Positions 28,601 through 43,754 of a stretch of DNA of 64,000 nt are shown here, in pieces (the first letter of the stretch is position 1; each line of letters begins with the position of its first letter). The stretch is from Octopus vulgaris (Eukaryota), in the NCBI GenBank assembly GCA_951406725.2, contig OX597834.1, forward strand, positions 45,694,001 to 45,758,000. Reading direction: 5' to 3'. The notes beneath the pieces are model-generated. The model was not told the origin of the DNA and did not search any database. It saw only the letters and a list, made by a program, of their open reading frames with translations. A program made the position numbers and the translations under genes.

Positions 28601-28934
28601 GATACTTAATCTGAAAAAATAATGTCATTGAAAAGTAAATAATAAAATTCCTGAAACGAGAAAGACGCCATTCTCGATGCGTTTTGTTGCGAATCTAACT
28701 TCAGGTTCTCAGTTCAATGAACGTTTCATATGAAGAAACACAATGGCGCTTTTTTTTTTCTATTTTGTGTTTTTTTTTTTCTTCTTTCTTCATTTTGATT
28801 TCTTCTCACCCTAACCAAGATATTGATTTCTGAATCGAACCGAAATATATTTACAAACACAGTTATGCACAAGCACACATGCACAAACACAAGTATACAT
28901 GCATACATACACACACATACAAGTTAATATATAT

Positions 28935-28977
<43 letters not shown>

Positions 28978-28991
28978 CATACATACATACA

Positions 28992-29027
<36 letters not shown>

Positions 29028-29539
29028 TTTGTGTGTGTGTGTATAAGACTGACATGCATTATTCAGAGATGCAACATATGCGTGCACCGAAATGCACACA
29101 CGCACACAAACTTGCTGCACGCTGAAGTCGAGTGCTAGAAATCGGTGAGGCGCGTGGTACGTTTCGCTTCTGTTCAAAGCGGGAAACCTGCAGCGTCACG
29201 CGAGACAGCGGTGCCAAGTGTTACTTTCGTTGCGTTATATAGGTAAAATAAAAACGCAGCCAGGTCGTACGATATTTGATGTGGAAGAACACAGACGACG
29301 AGACATACACACGTACATACAGATAGAAACGCACATGCTGTCGGGCGCGGACATATACTTACGCATACTGACACATACGCAAATAGACATACACACAATC
29401 AGTCACATACAAATCGATGTACATGCGCAAATATACTGGTACAGATATATTCCGCGTTCCCAGCTGACATGTCAAGCAGCATGCTCTCTCTTAAACAGAG
29501 ACACACATGCGTGTTTACGTAAGCATACGTAACTCACTT

Positions 29540-30125
<586 letters not shown>

Positions 30126-32954
30126 ACGTCAATAAACACACACATACAAATAAATAAATACACACACACACACACATATAAACCATCCCAGTCGTGAATA
30201 GTGAACAGACACACTCATATAAAGTTACATGTACACGTGCATCTACACAAGTACGCACATTTACGTAACAGGTCTGAAACCAGCATATTAAGACACATCA
30301 TACACACATATGTGTGCGGGTACGCCCATGCTTATATATACACCAGCAAATGCAAACAAACCCATGAATACACAATGACATACATTGACGCATGCTTAGA
30401 TGCACAAATCATATACAAACATATGTATACACACTACTACACACGTAAGCGTAATTAAGTATCACTTTCGAAACGAGCGTTTGAAGCCGTATATGTTTCT
30501 ATCCATACACGCAGAAATGCATAAAGATATACATGAACGCACACAGTCACACATGAATTCCGATGCATAAACACACTCAAACATCTTAACACGAGCAAAT
30601 TACGTTCAGACAGTGCGTGTCACGACGCATGCATTTCCAATCTTAAGCACACGTATAAAGTACATGTACACACGTACGTAAAAGTACATACACAGACACA
30701 GACACACACACAACCGCACACATACACGAAAAAAAAACAAGCAGGCAAATGAACAGACAACAATTACACGTACACATACACACACACACACAAATACATA
30801 TAAAATGCATACACATATGTAAACATGCATACGAGCAGAAGCAGGCACACAAGCACAAACACACACACACACACCAGCAAACACACACACGCAGACACAC
30901 ACACACACACACACACTGCGGAACACATATTCTAGCACACATGCACACGTGCACAAGCACAGCAAGAAAGCGCAGGCATTTAATTTTCAGGTTTTAACGT
31001 GCATTTATGACACATTTAATCCGAATCACACAGGGAGGTATGCGTGTTCACGCACGCCGTACTCGCATACACACGAAGCTATACAAACATGAAAACACAA
31101 AAAAGACCACATGTGCACACGTAGGCGCTTCACATATACATGCGCACAAATAAAAATATACGTAAACAAGCATTCTTGCATATGCATACGCTCGCACAAC
31201 CATAAACAGATGCACACATGGATGTACTCGAGCCCAGCAACGCACTGACATGCACATACACGCACATACACAAGGTACTCAGAATACATGCACATACGCA
31301 TACAGGCACACCTGATCGTGCGCATGCTTACGTATATACACGTATACTTGCCTGCATTCGCGCATGTGCATTCGCGCAAGAGAAAGATTAGATAACTTCG
31401 TCGGACAACATGAAAAAAGTAACTCACTCAACGCGTCAAAATCCGAAATAAAGCATTATCTTTTGTTCGAGTTAGTACTATGAAATCTTTTAAGTAATGC
31501 TGTAATCTTTCTATTAACATTTGATTATTTCTAGCTTTATTTACACATGTAAAACCCACATACACTCAGACACACAAACAACTACACGCAAACATGTATA
31601 TGTATATATGTATATATATATATATATATAAACATATATATACATATATACATACATGTGTGTTTGTATAATCATATACATTCCCAGCTCAGTATGTATG
31701 TATGTGTGTATGCATGTATGTCTGTTTGTGTGTATGTATATGTGAGAGTATGACTAAAATATTCGTTACCACGAGAGACCTTTGATGGCGATGGCCCAGG
31801 ATGGCCATAGTCCAATGAGTGGAGACAGAAAAGAAGAAAACAATAGAACATCTCTATAGAAATTGATACGTAACAACCGGTGAACACTTCTATTGTCACT
31901 CACACACACACACACACACACACACAGATACGTTTATACGCACAAACACACACATACATAAAGGTAGCAATATATATACACACGCACAAATACTATACAG
32001 GCGAATAATTAAAATTAGATAAGAAAATGTGCAATGTGCACGTACATATATATAATTTATATACATATGCATATATACATACATAAATACATATATAGAT
32101 ATACACATATTGCATATATATATATATATACATGCTACACGTACATATACTGTCATATACATAGTCATATAAATTCCTACACACTCAGACCCATATACAC
32201 GTATGAGTATACACACACTCACATATATATATATATGTGTGTGTGCGCACAGACACATAAATGTGTATGAGCATGTGTTTGTCTGTGTGTATACACTCTA
32301 TATCTATATACTAATGCACGCGTGCATACATACATACATACATACATACATGCATACATACATACATACATACATACGTACGTACGTACGTACATATAGG
32401 CATATATATATCCTAGTTTTTGCTTCAAATGATTGATCTGGATAGACTCCAAACAGAGAGAACGGTTGTTAAACAAAGACATCAAATATATGTTCCGTTG
32501 CTGGACATTCGAGTCCAGTGTTTGTACATTCTAATTTTCTTGTTGAAAATCCGCTCAACATAAGTCTGTTTCTATTTGGCCATCGAAGAATCGGGTCAAT
32601 GCGTTTGCGATCAACACCCGCCCTCCTCCTTGCTTTCCCTTTCTTCTATTGTCATTTCAGATAACGTTCGAAAATGGTTCGGAATCTTATTGTTTTATAG
32701 TCGCATCGCCACAGTCTTAAAGAAATTCCTTTATATATCGTTGCTCTCTTTTTTTTTCTTACATCTTTTATCTTTTGTCTTTGGTTGTTGTTTTTCTTTC
32801 TACTTTTTAATTCTTACTGTTTGCATCTGCTTGATAAATTGATTATCACTCACCCCCAGCACACACACACACGCCAGAAGTATACACAAAGACGCAAATA
32901 TATATCTATATCTATCTATCTATCTAGCTATCTATCTATCTATCTATATGTATA

Positions 32955-32993
<39 letters not shown>

Positions 32994-33072
32994 GTATATA
33001 AATCTAGATAGATAGATAAATAAATAAATAGCTAGATAGATGGATAGATAGATAGATAGATAGATAGCCGTG

Positions 33073-33110
<38 letters not shown>

Positions 33111-33499
33111 CATGTATGTAGGTATGTGTGTATGTATGTATGTAGGTATGTATGTGTGTATGTATGTATGTATGTATGTATGTATGTAGGTATGTGTGTA
33201 TGTACACTGATACATTTTTAATAGAGCTTTTTCTTTCCTTCTTATTTCGTGTCTTTTGTTTCTCCTTTTATCCAAATAAAGTAACGAATTCGCTTGAAAC
33301 GTTTGATGTATATTTGGGACAGAAAAATAAAGAAGCGATTCAAATCTGTTTCACATCAGGAATACGTCTGTCTCTCTGAGTTATCGTACTTATTGCATTG
33401 TTCGTATTGTTGACTTTGTGAAATCCCAGACATCGCTGACCGTGTAGGGACAGGATCGAATATGTTTCCAGAAACGACTATTCTATCACATATATTGAT

Positions 33500-33830
33500 C
33501 TATAGTTTTTACTTCCTTCAACCCTGCGATGTAGCCATGTTTGCTCATCGCTTTGAATGGCTTCACTAAACAAATCGGACCCGGTACTAATTTTTTTATC
33601 CCGTCTGGTGTTTAACCGTATCGAATAATTTTGCTGAACTGCTACTTTCGAGGACGTAAACAAAGGAACGATAGCTGTCAGCTGTGGGGGTGGAGACGAA
33701 TGCAAATACACACACCCATACACTTACATACACATACACACAAACACACATACAACGGGTCGGCGCTTCAGTATGTGTCCCTGGCCGAAAGCGCCGAAAT
33801 AGCATGATTGAAATGCAAGCTTCTTAACGA
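33500..33830 (-). mobile_element. SINE A, old diverged copy
   Basis: GTACTAATTTTTT, TTTTGCTGAACTGCTA, GGACGTAAAC motifs. Confidence 0.55.
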
Positions 33831-34450
33831 CTCAATTATAGCCAAATATATATCGCCAGATACTCAGCAACGTTCTTCTTTAAAGATAATGAGCAAAACA
33901 ATTGATAAATTGGTTTCTATTTCTAGCAAGTCACGAGTCATCGTATCAACTTCCCTTTTTACCTTTGCTGTAATAAAAATTCGTGATAAAAATTTTCAAC
34001 ATGTAAATAAAAGGGGGTGAATTCAATGTTGGATTTGTGGCACTCTTATGTAGGACACATCGTTTCCGATTTGCTTCAATTTTCTCAGGCAGAATAGATA
34101 TGTAGGTCTTCAGAAAAGTGTTTTTCTAAATACGTGCATATCTATCCTGCCAGAGAATATTCTGTTTTGCTAATCAATACAAATATGAAAGCATCGAAAG
34201 TAACAACTTTACTCATCATGAGTCTGAGAGCTGTCATATAAATGGTTCAAGGTTAACGTTAACGGTGCATTCACCTACTTCCAAGTTGAATGCGTCAATA
34301 AACTATTACATAAAAACCCGATCAACGCAAGACACATGCGTAAACATAGATGTGTGTGTGCGCGCGCATGCGTGTGTATCCTATATACAAATGTATGAAT
34401 TTACGCACGCATATAGAAGCATACATATGTTAATAATAATATAATATATG

Positions 34451-34770
34451 TGAAGGCGCGTGGCTTAGTTGTTAGGGCATTCGGCTCATGATTGTAAGGT
34501 CGTGAGTTCAATTCCCGGCGACGCATGATGTACTTGTGCAAGACACTTTATTTCACGTTGCTCCAGTCCACTCACCAGACAAAAATGAGTTGTACCTGTA
34601 TTTCAAAGGGCCAACCTTGTCACACTCTGTGTCACGTTGAATCTCCTTGAGAACTACGTTAAGGACATAAGTGTCTGTGAAGGGCTCAGCGGCATGCACA
34701 TTAATTTCACGAGCAAGCTATTCCGTTGAGCGTATCAGCTGTGACCCACGTCGTCGTAACCGACGGAGGG
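34451..34770 (+). mobile_element. SINE family C, full length (tRNA-derived)
   Basis: A-box TGGCTTAGTTG, B-box GAGTTCAATTCC; 3' half recurs at 39938-40092. Confidence 0.85.
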
Positions 34771-34969
34771 ATCCTTTTATAATATATATATATATGTGTG
34801 TGTGTGAATGTGTGTGTATGCATATATATATATAAATTTAATCCCCACAAAAAGAAGAAAAAACAGCAAAGCTCTTCTTCAGAGACAGGAGACAAAAAAA
34901 TATCCAAGAGAAAAGAAAGACGGAGGAAAAATTTCGCCAACAATCCGCATGTAGTAACGTGTTGAAATG

Positions 34970-35002
<33 letters not shown>

Positions 35003-35045
35003 TTGAGTCTGTGCGTGCGTGTGTGTGTGTGCGCGCGTGTATATA

Positions 35046-35124
<79 letters not shown>

Positions 35125-35538
35125 GTAACCACATATACTTAACGTATATGCTTCGTGTATTTTTCGATGGACTGCTTGTCGATGTTGTGTATATACTCCC
35201 TAAAAAGCATCGGTCGTAAAATCCTCAGTGTCATGGACGGGCGAGACAAAAATCTCCTTCAATCATAACTACGAGTGATGGACATCGATGTTTTGCCATT
35301 TTCGTGGCTTGTCAGAATTACGTTCATGGCAAGATCAGATGCGTATTACCTCGACAGTCCACGAATATACTCTTATGTGCTCATGCGAAACCGTGTAAGA
35401 TTATGCCGGGCAAATGTTTAGGTAAGAATAGAGATAGATATGAAACAGAAGCAACTCCAGAAAAATAAATATCATTACCTACATGTACTTAACGTTTATG
35501 CTTCATGTATTTGCCGATGGGCTGCTAATTGCGCTGGG

Positions 35539-35569
<31 letters not shown>

Positions 35570-35850
35570 TGTATGTATGTATGTATGTGTGTGTGTGTGT
35601 ATGCATGTATGTAGGTATGTGGTATGTATGTATGTATGTATGTGTGAGTATGCATGTATGTAGGTATGTGGTATGTATGTATATATGTATGTATGTATGC
35701 ACGTATGTATGTATGTATGTATGTATGTATGTATGTATGTATGTATGTATGTATGTGTGTGTGTGTGTATGTATGTAGGTATGTATGTATGCATGTATGC
35801 ATACTGATGATTTTAGTTCTATTTGCTTGTTTGTATAACCAACCATATGC

Positions 35851-36205
35851 ATGTGTTTACATTCCCGTAACTTAGCGGTGGGGCTAAAAAACGATAGAAT
35901 AAGTACTAGGCTTACAAAAATTAAGTCCTAGGGTCGAATCAAATAAAAGAATAAAAGAGTATCTAACCAACGATACGGACGTGCGAACGCGCGTGTATTT
36001 TATTCTGTTTACTCGCACGCCGTTTGACAACCGCTGTAGTTTCGTTTACGTTCTTGCCAATGAAATGTTCAGGAAAAGATTATTATAGGCTGAATACTAG
36101 ACTTTACTTAAAAGAATAGATATTGAGGTTGATTTGATTGATTTTTACACCCTTCAGGATGATGCCACAGTATGGCCGCAATCTCATGATTACACAAGTA
36201 AAAGC
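35851..36205 (+). mobile_element. Two SINE A tail fragments
   Basis: GTAACTTAGCGG..GATAGAATAAGTACTAGGCTTAC and a diverged second copy. Confidence 0.65.
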
Positions 36206-36859
36206 ATATTTCAACGGTGATAATCTAGCGTACAACTGATCTCGCTAATTTAAACGGGAAAGACTAAAGATTAAAGAGATTAAGAGGATTGACAGCTAAT
36301 TAAAACTATGCATTTATTTATCATACCCAAAGTTAGATTTCAGCTTTTCAGAGCTGAATGCACGTTAAGAAGATTGAGACTTTGGCAATCCTCAAATCGT
36401 CCTTGAATGGAATCGCTATTAAAAGCACAGAAGGGTTTCTCTTGGCCTTAATTGTTCTATTGAATTCGATTTAGTGAATTTGCTAAGTGGCTACATCTTA
36501 AAAGCTCTATTGACTAACAGCAGCAGTTCCATTTAGTTCTTCGTTCAACAGATATTGATGTTTTCAAGTTAAAACTTTAATACTAAAAGATACCTATGGA
36601 ATTGGCTGAGAATTGCCTGTTTTGACTTACAGCACGTACTTCAGTATATCTGCAGCCACAAAGCCAAGCTAAAAGTTTTTGAAAACTGAAGAAATTCTCA
36701 AGAACATCACGTTTTTTATTGCTTTTTTTCGTTTGTTTGTTTGGTTTTTTTTTCTCTAAACAAAGCAAAATCATGTATTTTACCATGGTAACAGTCACAA
36801 ATGTAATTATGAGCGTGACGTCATTACTCCAATTATGAAGCTGACTTGACAATCCCTTA

Positions 36860-37314
36860 ATGGGATTATCCAACTGAGCTAAAAGAGAAAACTATCATCT
36901 GACATTCATTTTCTGTTTTATAAGAAACTTCTTTTCTACATTAATTCCAAGTCTATTTGGTTAATGGCCGAAAGGGTACGATTGCAAATGCAACCAGCTG
37001 AGACTGGGTTTCTCCAAAGAGTCTTTGAAGTAGCGTTACTCGAAGAGGTGCAGAGATCAATGGGTCTCTTCAGGTCGTTACGCTAATTGCATTGGGAGGT
37101 CGCATCTCTGGCACTACGGATATGCGATTGGAATTTTGCAGGAAAGAATAGCATGATGGATTCGTCAAACCCTCAGCTGGTTGCATTTGCAATCGAACTC
37201 TTTCGGCCATTAACCAAACAGACTTGGAATTAATGTAGAAAAGAAGTTTCTTATAAAACAGAAAATGAATGTCAGATGATAGTTTTCTCTTTTAGCTCAG
37301 TTGGATAATCCCAT
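36860..37314. repeat. Inverted repeat, 143 bp arms 36860-37002 and 37172-37314
   Basis: Reverse-complement arms with about 3 mismatches. Confidence 0.95.
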
Positions 37315-37500
37315 CTGGCAGGTGACCTAAAATGTACACCAAGAAAGATATTACTGGAAAATATATTTAATCTCCTTTGGTCATGCTTTGAGAATCCATT
37401 TGGAAGATCCATTTAGGGTTGCTTTGGGTGGAACCCATGGAGAAGGTACCTCAGGGCTCTACCCACACGACCCTTCCAGGGATACCGGGCAGAAGAGAGA
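36950..37500 (+). mobile_element. RTE (Expander-like) LINE 3' relic interrupted by the inverted copy
   Basis: WLMAERVRLQMQPAETGFLQRV..RSHLWHYGYAIGILQERI..[insert]..PSGR*PK..PRKILLENI resembles the RTE C-terminus (RIQAAEMxFLRRV, SQLRWxGH, GRRPRGRPR). Confidence 0.7.
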
Positions 37501-37949
37501 TATACGAAGTTTCTAAAAGGAAATAAAATGTAACATCAATGCACTAATTGTTACTAATGTACCCCGTCCACAATTTCAGAAAATTCTGAATTTTACCTTA
37601 TAAATACTTACTGCTACTTCAACCATTGCTCAACTGCTCCAGTCATCTACCACTCTTGAATTTGAAGTTGTATAGATATTTCCTAACTTTGGTAAAAGGA
37701 GAAGGATTTTATCGAGACAACAGCTAATTAGATCAACCGTTGTATTTACAGGACACTTATCTATTTTTCAAATCCCAAAGTTAAGTTTCACTAAGCAGGT
37801 ATGTAAAGTTAGTGTAACGTCCTAATGACGTCAGCCCCCATGGTTTTTATCAAGTCGCCACTCTGAACAAATCTTGAAATTAATAATACTGTGGCGTAAG
37901 TGTAATAATTTATACTTTCGGTGATTCATAAGTTAACACTGGCCCTTGA

Positions 37950-38520
37950 ACAACCTCAATGATAAATTTTAGGGTAGAGTTTTAGTCGATACCACTGAGA
38001 CCAGTACCTGACTGATATTTCATTTTATCGACCCCGGCGGGATTTCAACTCAGCGCATAAAGGACTCGAACAAATAGTGCAAAGCAGTTTTCCGACCCTC
38101 TAACAATTCTTCCAGTTCACGGTCTTCTAAGGGTTTCTAAGTGAGGTATAAGGTCTGCAAATATGAGAGGCGTTGTTAGTTGACCGTGTAAAAAGGAAAG
38201 ACAAAGTTGACCTATTTGAGATTTGAACTCAGAAGACCGGAACAAACATCGCAAAGCATATATTTCGAAACTCTAACGTTTCTGCTAGATGGAAGTACTA
38301 TGCTATACACGTTGAAAAGACCTATCAAATTAAGGCGGCGAGGTTGCAGAATCGTTAGGAGTCATACAAGAATGTTTTGTCGCAGCATTTCTTCCGGTTC
38401 TTAATGTTGAGAATTCAAATATGGTCATAGTGAACTTTACCTGACACCCAATCTTCAACAAAATAAATTACCAGTCGAGCATTTGGGTCGATGTAATCCA
38501 TTTGCTCCCTTCACAAAAAT
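37950..38520. mobile_element. Cluster of diverged SINE B copies (two -, one + from 38333)
   Basis: TTTATCGACCCC, ATTTGAACTCAGAA and head AGGCGGCGAGGTTGCAGAATCGTTAG. Confidence 0.65.
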
Positions 38521-39937
38521 TGATAGCCAGGTACCTCGCAACGGACCGGCGTCATATGCAATAGGGATGGTTGCAATCTCGGACTCTTATATACCATAGA
38601 AAACAGGTAACCGGCGGCCTTAGGAGTATTGATGCTCCAAAAATCTCACCAAAGAAAAAAAGAATAAGATAAACTATTGAAATATTAAACCCAGTTTTTA
38701 ACTAGTAGTTTTATTGATTACTTCAAGTAGGTGAAAGAAGTCGAACTTATGGGAAAGAGATAGGAGTAAGAAGAGAAAAGTGAGTGCCGAAAAAAATTAA
38801 GACTAGAACAATGAGAGAAATTCGAACGCAAACACGCGTGACTATTTTAAGTTCTTTTATTCGACAGTACTTCAAAATGGCGTTACTATCTCCGGCCTGA
38901 AGACGACGTTTCATAATAACAATGGGGAATAAAAGTAATCATTGTTTTGTCAGTGGTTTGTAAAATAATGACTTTCTAACGAAATTATTTATTAGTTTAA
39001 TAACTGAGTTGTGACAGATTTTTGTAAAAGTAATAATTTACTTATGATGTACATTTTTCGAAAAATAATTGAATAATTTACTGGGAAAAACAGAAGGGAA
39101 TTATTGAACAAGAAAAATCATTTCCAGAGTAGTAAATATTTACAGTATGGTAGATATTAGTGAGGACGACTGATTGGTTGACCTACTTCAAAGTACCTAC
39201 TGTGTTTTTCTTTACTTATTCTTTTTTTTTTTTTTTGAGGGCTGGGAAGCATCTGTGTTTTTTCATACTTTACTCCCGTTGTTTTACTGACACTAATTTT
39301 TTCCAATAAACTAGGGACATGTAAATATAGGAATAATATAAAAAAAAGAAAAAAGTACACCTTCTCTTCGTCAGCAAATATAATCACATAATCTCTTTGG
39401 ATTTTTCTTATCATTGTCTTCAAGTTAATGCCAATTCCCTACTGACACTAGTTTCAAACTGGTCCTTTCTTCTAGGGCTACTCAGATAGAGGCATACCAC
39501 AAGCAAAAAAGAAGCGATAACCTTTGCCATCAAAGAATAGCAGGAGTCTTCTGTATCGGCATGAAGCATATCGTTTTTCATGTTTGATCGAGTTTGAGTT
39601 TTATCTTTTCTGGGTCGATAAAATAAGTACCAGTTCAGCCCTGGGGTGGATGGAATCGACTTAGCCTGTCCCCTTGAATTTGCTCATTGTGTTGAAACCA
39701 ATATTATGTTTGGCAGTGTGTTCGCGCAAAATTTTACACTTTGCATCAAATGGAAAATGAAGGGAAATATCTCATCCCAAAATGGAAGGATTGTAAAAAA
39801 TCAAAATATATCAGCTAGGATATGACTGGAATCGAACGGTTTACTCACAGTTGCTGTCCTCAGCTTGGAAATGGCGCTGGAACCGTCAACTTACTTCTCG
39901 CTGTATCTGTGGTAAGATCTTTGACAACCTCTCTGAT

Positions 39938-40092
39938 CTTGTCACACTTTGTGTCACGCGGAATATCTCTGAGAACTGCGTTAAGGGTATACGTGTCTGT
40001 GGAGTACTCAGCCACTTGCGCGTTAATTTCACGAGCAAGCTGTTCTGTTGGTTGTATCAGCTGGGACTCTCGTCGTCGTAACCGACGGAGTA
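39938..40092 (+). mobile_element. SINE C 3' half
   Basis: Matches 34617-34769. Confidence 0.85.
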
Positions 40093-40107
40093 CTTCTTCT
40101 ACATATA

Positions 40108-40156
<49 letters not shown>

Positions 40157-40170
40157 CAATTATACACACG

Positions 40171-40250
<80 letters not shown>

Positions 40251-40779
40251 CGAGATAAACCAACAGATGAATACATTTACATGTATTCATTAATATAAGT
40301 GTGTATACAGCTCTCTATGCGTGTATGTATGTAATCATGAATGTTTTTACAAGTCAACATTTCTGTGGATATGCGTGAATGTTGTGTGTGCACTTAAGTG
40401 TATGTTTATCTACTGAAAGGCAGAGAAATCGGTGTCATATTGATATTATTGAATATATAAAAGCATAAAGAAGGCTAAATTCGCTGAAGAAATATATTTA
40501 CAGGAATCGACTAACACGTTCTGTGCTCTTGCTTTCAGCAAACGTTGGTCTATATAACATATTTGTTCACAAGAAATCGAAGATTACGAAAATGTATAGG
40601 AATTCTGTATCGATCTTCAATATTGTTAGTCAATCATTGCACTAAATATATTTCAATTAGATTTTAGTTAATGCTAGAGACGAAAGTGAAAAAGTCAGGA
40701 ACGAGTGTGAAAGTTATTTATAGAGAAGCTGCCATGTAGGATTGGTGTGTGTGTGGGGGGGATTAATGTTTACGTCGTA

Positions 40780-40878
40780 ATTGTTGTAGTAGTAGTTGTT
40801 GCTGTTGTTGCTGGTGTTGGTGGTGGCGGTGTTGGTGGTGGCGGTGGTGGTGGCGGTGGTGGAGATGGTGGAGATGGT
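40780..40878. repeat. (GTT/GGT)n trinucleotide repeat
   Basis: Visible. Confidence 0.85.
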
Positions 40879-41112
40879 ATTCCGATTCTGAGTATTGTTC
40901 TTGCGACATGTTTCTTTTGGATGGATGAATGAGAGAAAACCTGAATCATAAACGCATGCGTATATACTGCTGGCGGATATATAAAGGATGCATACATACA
41001 TATATGTGTGTGATTGTGTGCGGGTGTGTATGCATCTATATATATCCGCAAGCAGTATATACGCATACATTTACAATTATATATATATATATATATATAA
41101 GATAATCTTCTT

Positions 41113-41390
41113 TATATATAAAAGACAAAACAGAGTGAAAAAAACTACAGAAGGCTTTGTCGTAAATGGTTAAGGAATATATTTAAATTATGTTAGAAAA
41201 ATGTTATAAAATGTTGCTTATAGTAACATTGTTTTGTGAGAAATAACCGGTTACGTATTTTCTTTTTCTACCATAACGATTTAAATATATTCTTTAACCA
41301 TATTAGGCAAGCCTTGAGTAGTTTTTCCACTCTATTTCGTCTTTTATACATCTAACCACGTGCTTTAACATAGCAACTCTTTCAACTATA
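41113..41390. mobile_element. Diverged inverted pair of a dispersed repeat terminus
   Basis: 41115-41201 is approximately the reverse complement of 41263-41350; a third copy lies at 23099-23200. Confidence 0.7.
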
Positions 41391-42144
41391 TATATATACG
41401 TATTGTGTGTGTGTTTGCATGTATGTGAGGGAGTATCTGTGTGTGTGCATATGCGTGTACTTGTGTGTGTGAATGCCTATGCATCCTAATGTGTGTCCCT
41501 TTCTCTTTAGGCTTTCCACTCCCCTCTACCATTTGGTAACCTGTTGTCACTTAGTTGCTCAGCAAGAAAGACATCGATGGAATAAATACCAGCTGGTTCT
41601 TCAAGCACAATGTAACAAGTACCAGCGTGGTGCTCCAGCAAGGCCACATTACAATGACTGAAACAAGTAAAAAGGTAAGAGATAAAATTTGGCTATGTTC
41701 TATGAATTCTCAGACGCAAAAGTCAAAGTCTCACAATACATAAACTTAAATATGACTCGATTAACGACAGACAAAATATACACAGCGTAGCAGCAATTGT
41801 CTGATATGATTTGGCTACAATCCCCTCTCATACCACACATTAGTAATTGGTAATCATATCAGTAGACGTTGCCCTTTCAGTAGCAACCTCAAAAGATAAG
41901 AAAGATTAAAGTCACACAAGCTAGAATACATGACCAATGAACATTGACCTAAATCGAGACAGTTTTGGATTCATCAATTTCTGGATTTGCTTAATAACTT
42001 CTCTTTCATCATCGAAACACTGAGTGAAATAAATGAAAATATTTATACATATCCACACAAAAGTACACGCAAATTGCGAGTACAAATAAATATTCTCAAG
42101 TTTATACGCATCGAATTTTCTTGTGATTGTATAAGCGACTACAC

Positions 42145-42310
42145 ACATTTTTTTTCTCTCCGTGTTTTTTTCTGTGTCCCTTTCTGTAGAAGAGCGTAGG
42201 CTCGAAACGTAAAAGACTTTTTTTCTATGCATGAACAGTATACTAATACATCTGTTTGTTTTCTACACAACATGTCTTGGTCTTTTGTTTTTTTTTCGTA
42301 AACTCTCCGT
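42145..42310 (+). mobile_element. Penelope-like terminus with minimal hammerhead motif
   Basis: CTTT-CTGTAGA-A-GAGC gtag GCTC-GAAAC-GTA-AAAG; related minus-strand copy at 52230-52350. Confidence 0.55.
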
Positions 42311-42318
42311 ATATATTT

Positions 42319-42375
<57 letters not shown>

Positions 42376-43265
42376 TGTACATAAATACACGCAAAAATGT
42401 GTATACATACATATGTGTGTGCGCGTGTGTCTGTGTATGTATACATAACATTTAATCTATATATATGTACACACAAGTGTTTGTATTTCTGAATATCATT
42501 ACTGTGAGGCCGCGTGACCCACTTGATAAGATGTGGTATTCATGATTGCAACATTGATCTTTAGATATCGGGTCCGGTCTGGAGGTAGATTGCGCTATCT
42601 TGTGCATAGAGCGTTGTTTCGGGTTGTTCTGCGGTCACATCGACATGGGAAGTTCAGCACGCATTGCATACGCGCAGGTAGCAGCAATCTGATACACAGT
42701 GTGCAAATGCACAGCACAGATATTTGATTGCTATAAACAAATCATCTATGCAAATTGATCAGCTAGAAATTTCGGAAACCTCATCAGACGCCTGCGTTAG
42801 AAAAAAAACCCATCGTATTTCTAAACACACATGTGTGTATTCGTATATATATATATGTTACATATATACACACACTCACACTCGTGGATACATACATACA
42901 TATGTGTGTGTGTGTGTGTGTGTATTTGCGTGCGTGTATGTGTGTGTACGTACACTCACGTGTCAATATAGGGTAAAACAAAAGGGGGAGAGAAACAGAA
43001 TTGTTTAATCGAAGGAGCTAAAGTAAGAGCAAATTAATTTGCACCGATAATAACATACATCTGATGGATTCTAATTAATATAATTGGCTTTATCAGATAA
43101 ATTACATAATTACAAGTGGTGAAATTTATTAAGTGTATACTATTTCTATATTTGTACACACATGTATATATACATCCATTGTATATATAAATGTATATAT
43201 ATATATGTATATACGTACATACATACATGCATATATGTAAACATACGTATTTGGATATAGGTATG

Positions 43266-43349
<84 letters not shown>

Positions 43350-43754
43350 TATGTATGTTTTTTGATATACATATGTATTTGCAGATAGATATTTATACAT
43401 ATATATACATAAATATATATATATATGTATGTATGTATAAGTGTGTATTTATTCATGTATGTATGTGTAACGTATATTTTCGTACATAATTACGTTAATT
43501 CATTAATGAAGAGATGTAAGTATCTCCAATTAGAGAACTATAATTAAATTATCCTCAGGATACGTAAACATCTGTAAATGAACGTTTCTCTCTTTACCTC
43601 TCCCCCTCTCTCTCTCTTTCTCTGTGTTCGTATGGGGTGTGTGATGGGTGTTAGAACGTATGCATTTCTCTGTGTGTGTATGCTTTCAACCAACCTGGTA
43701 TGCATGTATACGTTCATGGTATTTACGCATATAGATATCAACATACTATAATAT

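Noticed and set aside
30130-31430. His/Thr/Cys/Val-rich ORFs
   Set aside because: Decayed (CA)n/(TG)n low-complexity DNA.
34451-34525. Possible tRNA gene
   Set aside because: A/B boxes run straight into a multi-copy SINE body; no proper cloverleaf.
40714-41070. Pro/Thr/Gly-rich ORFs
   Set aside because: Trinucleotide repeat translation.
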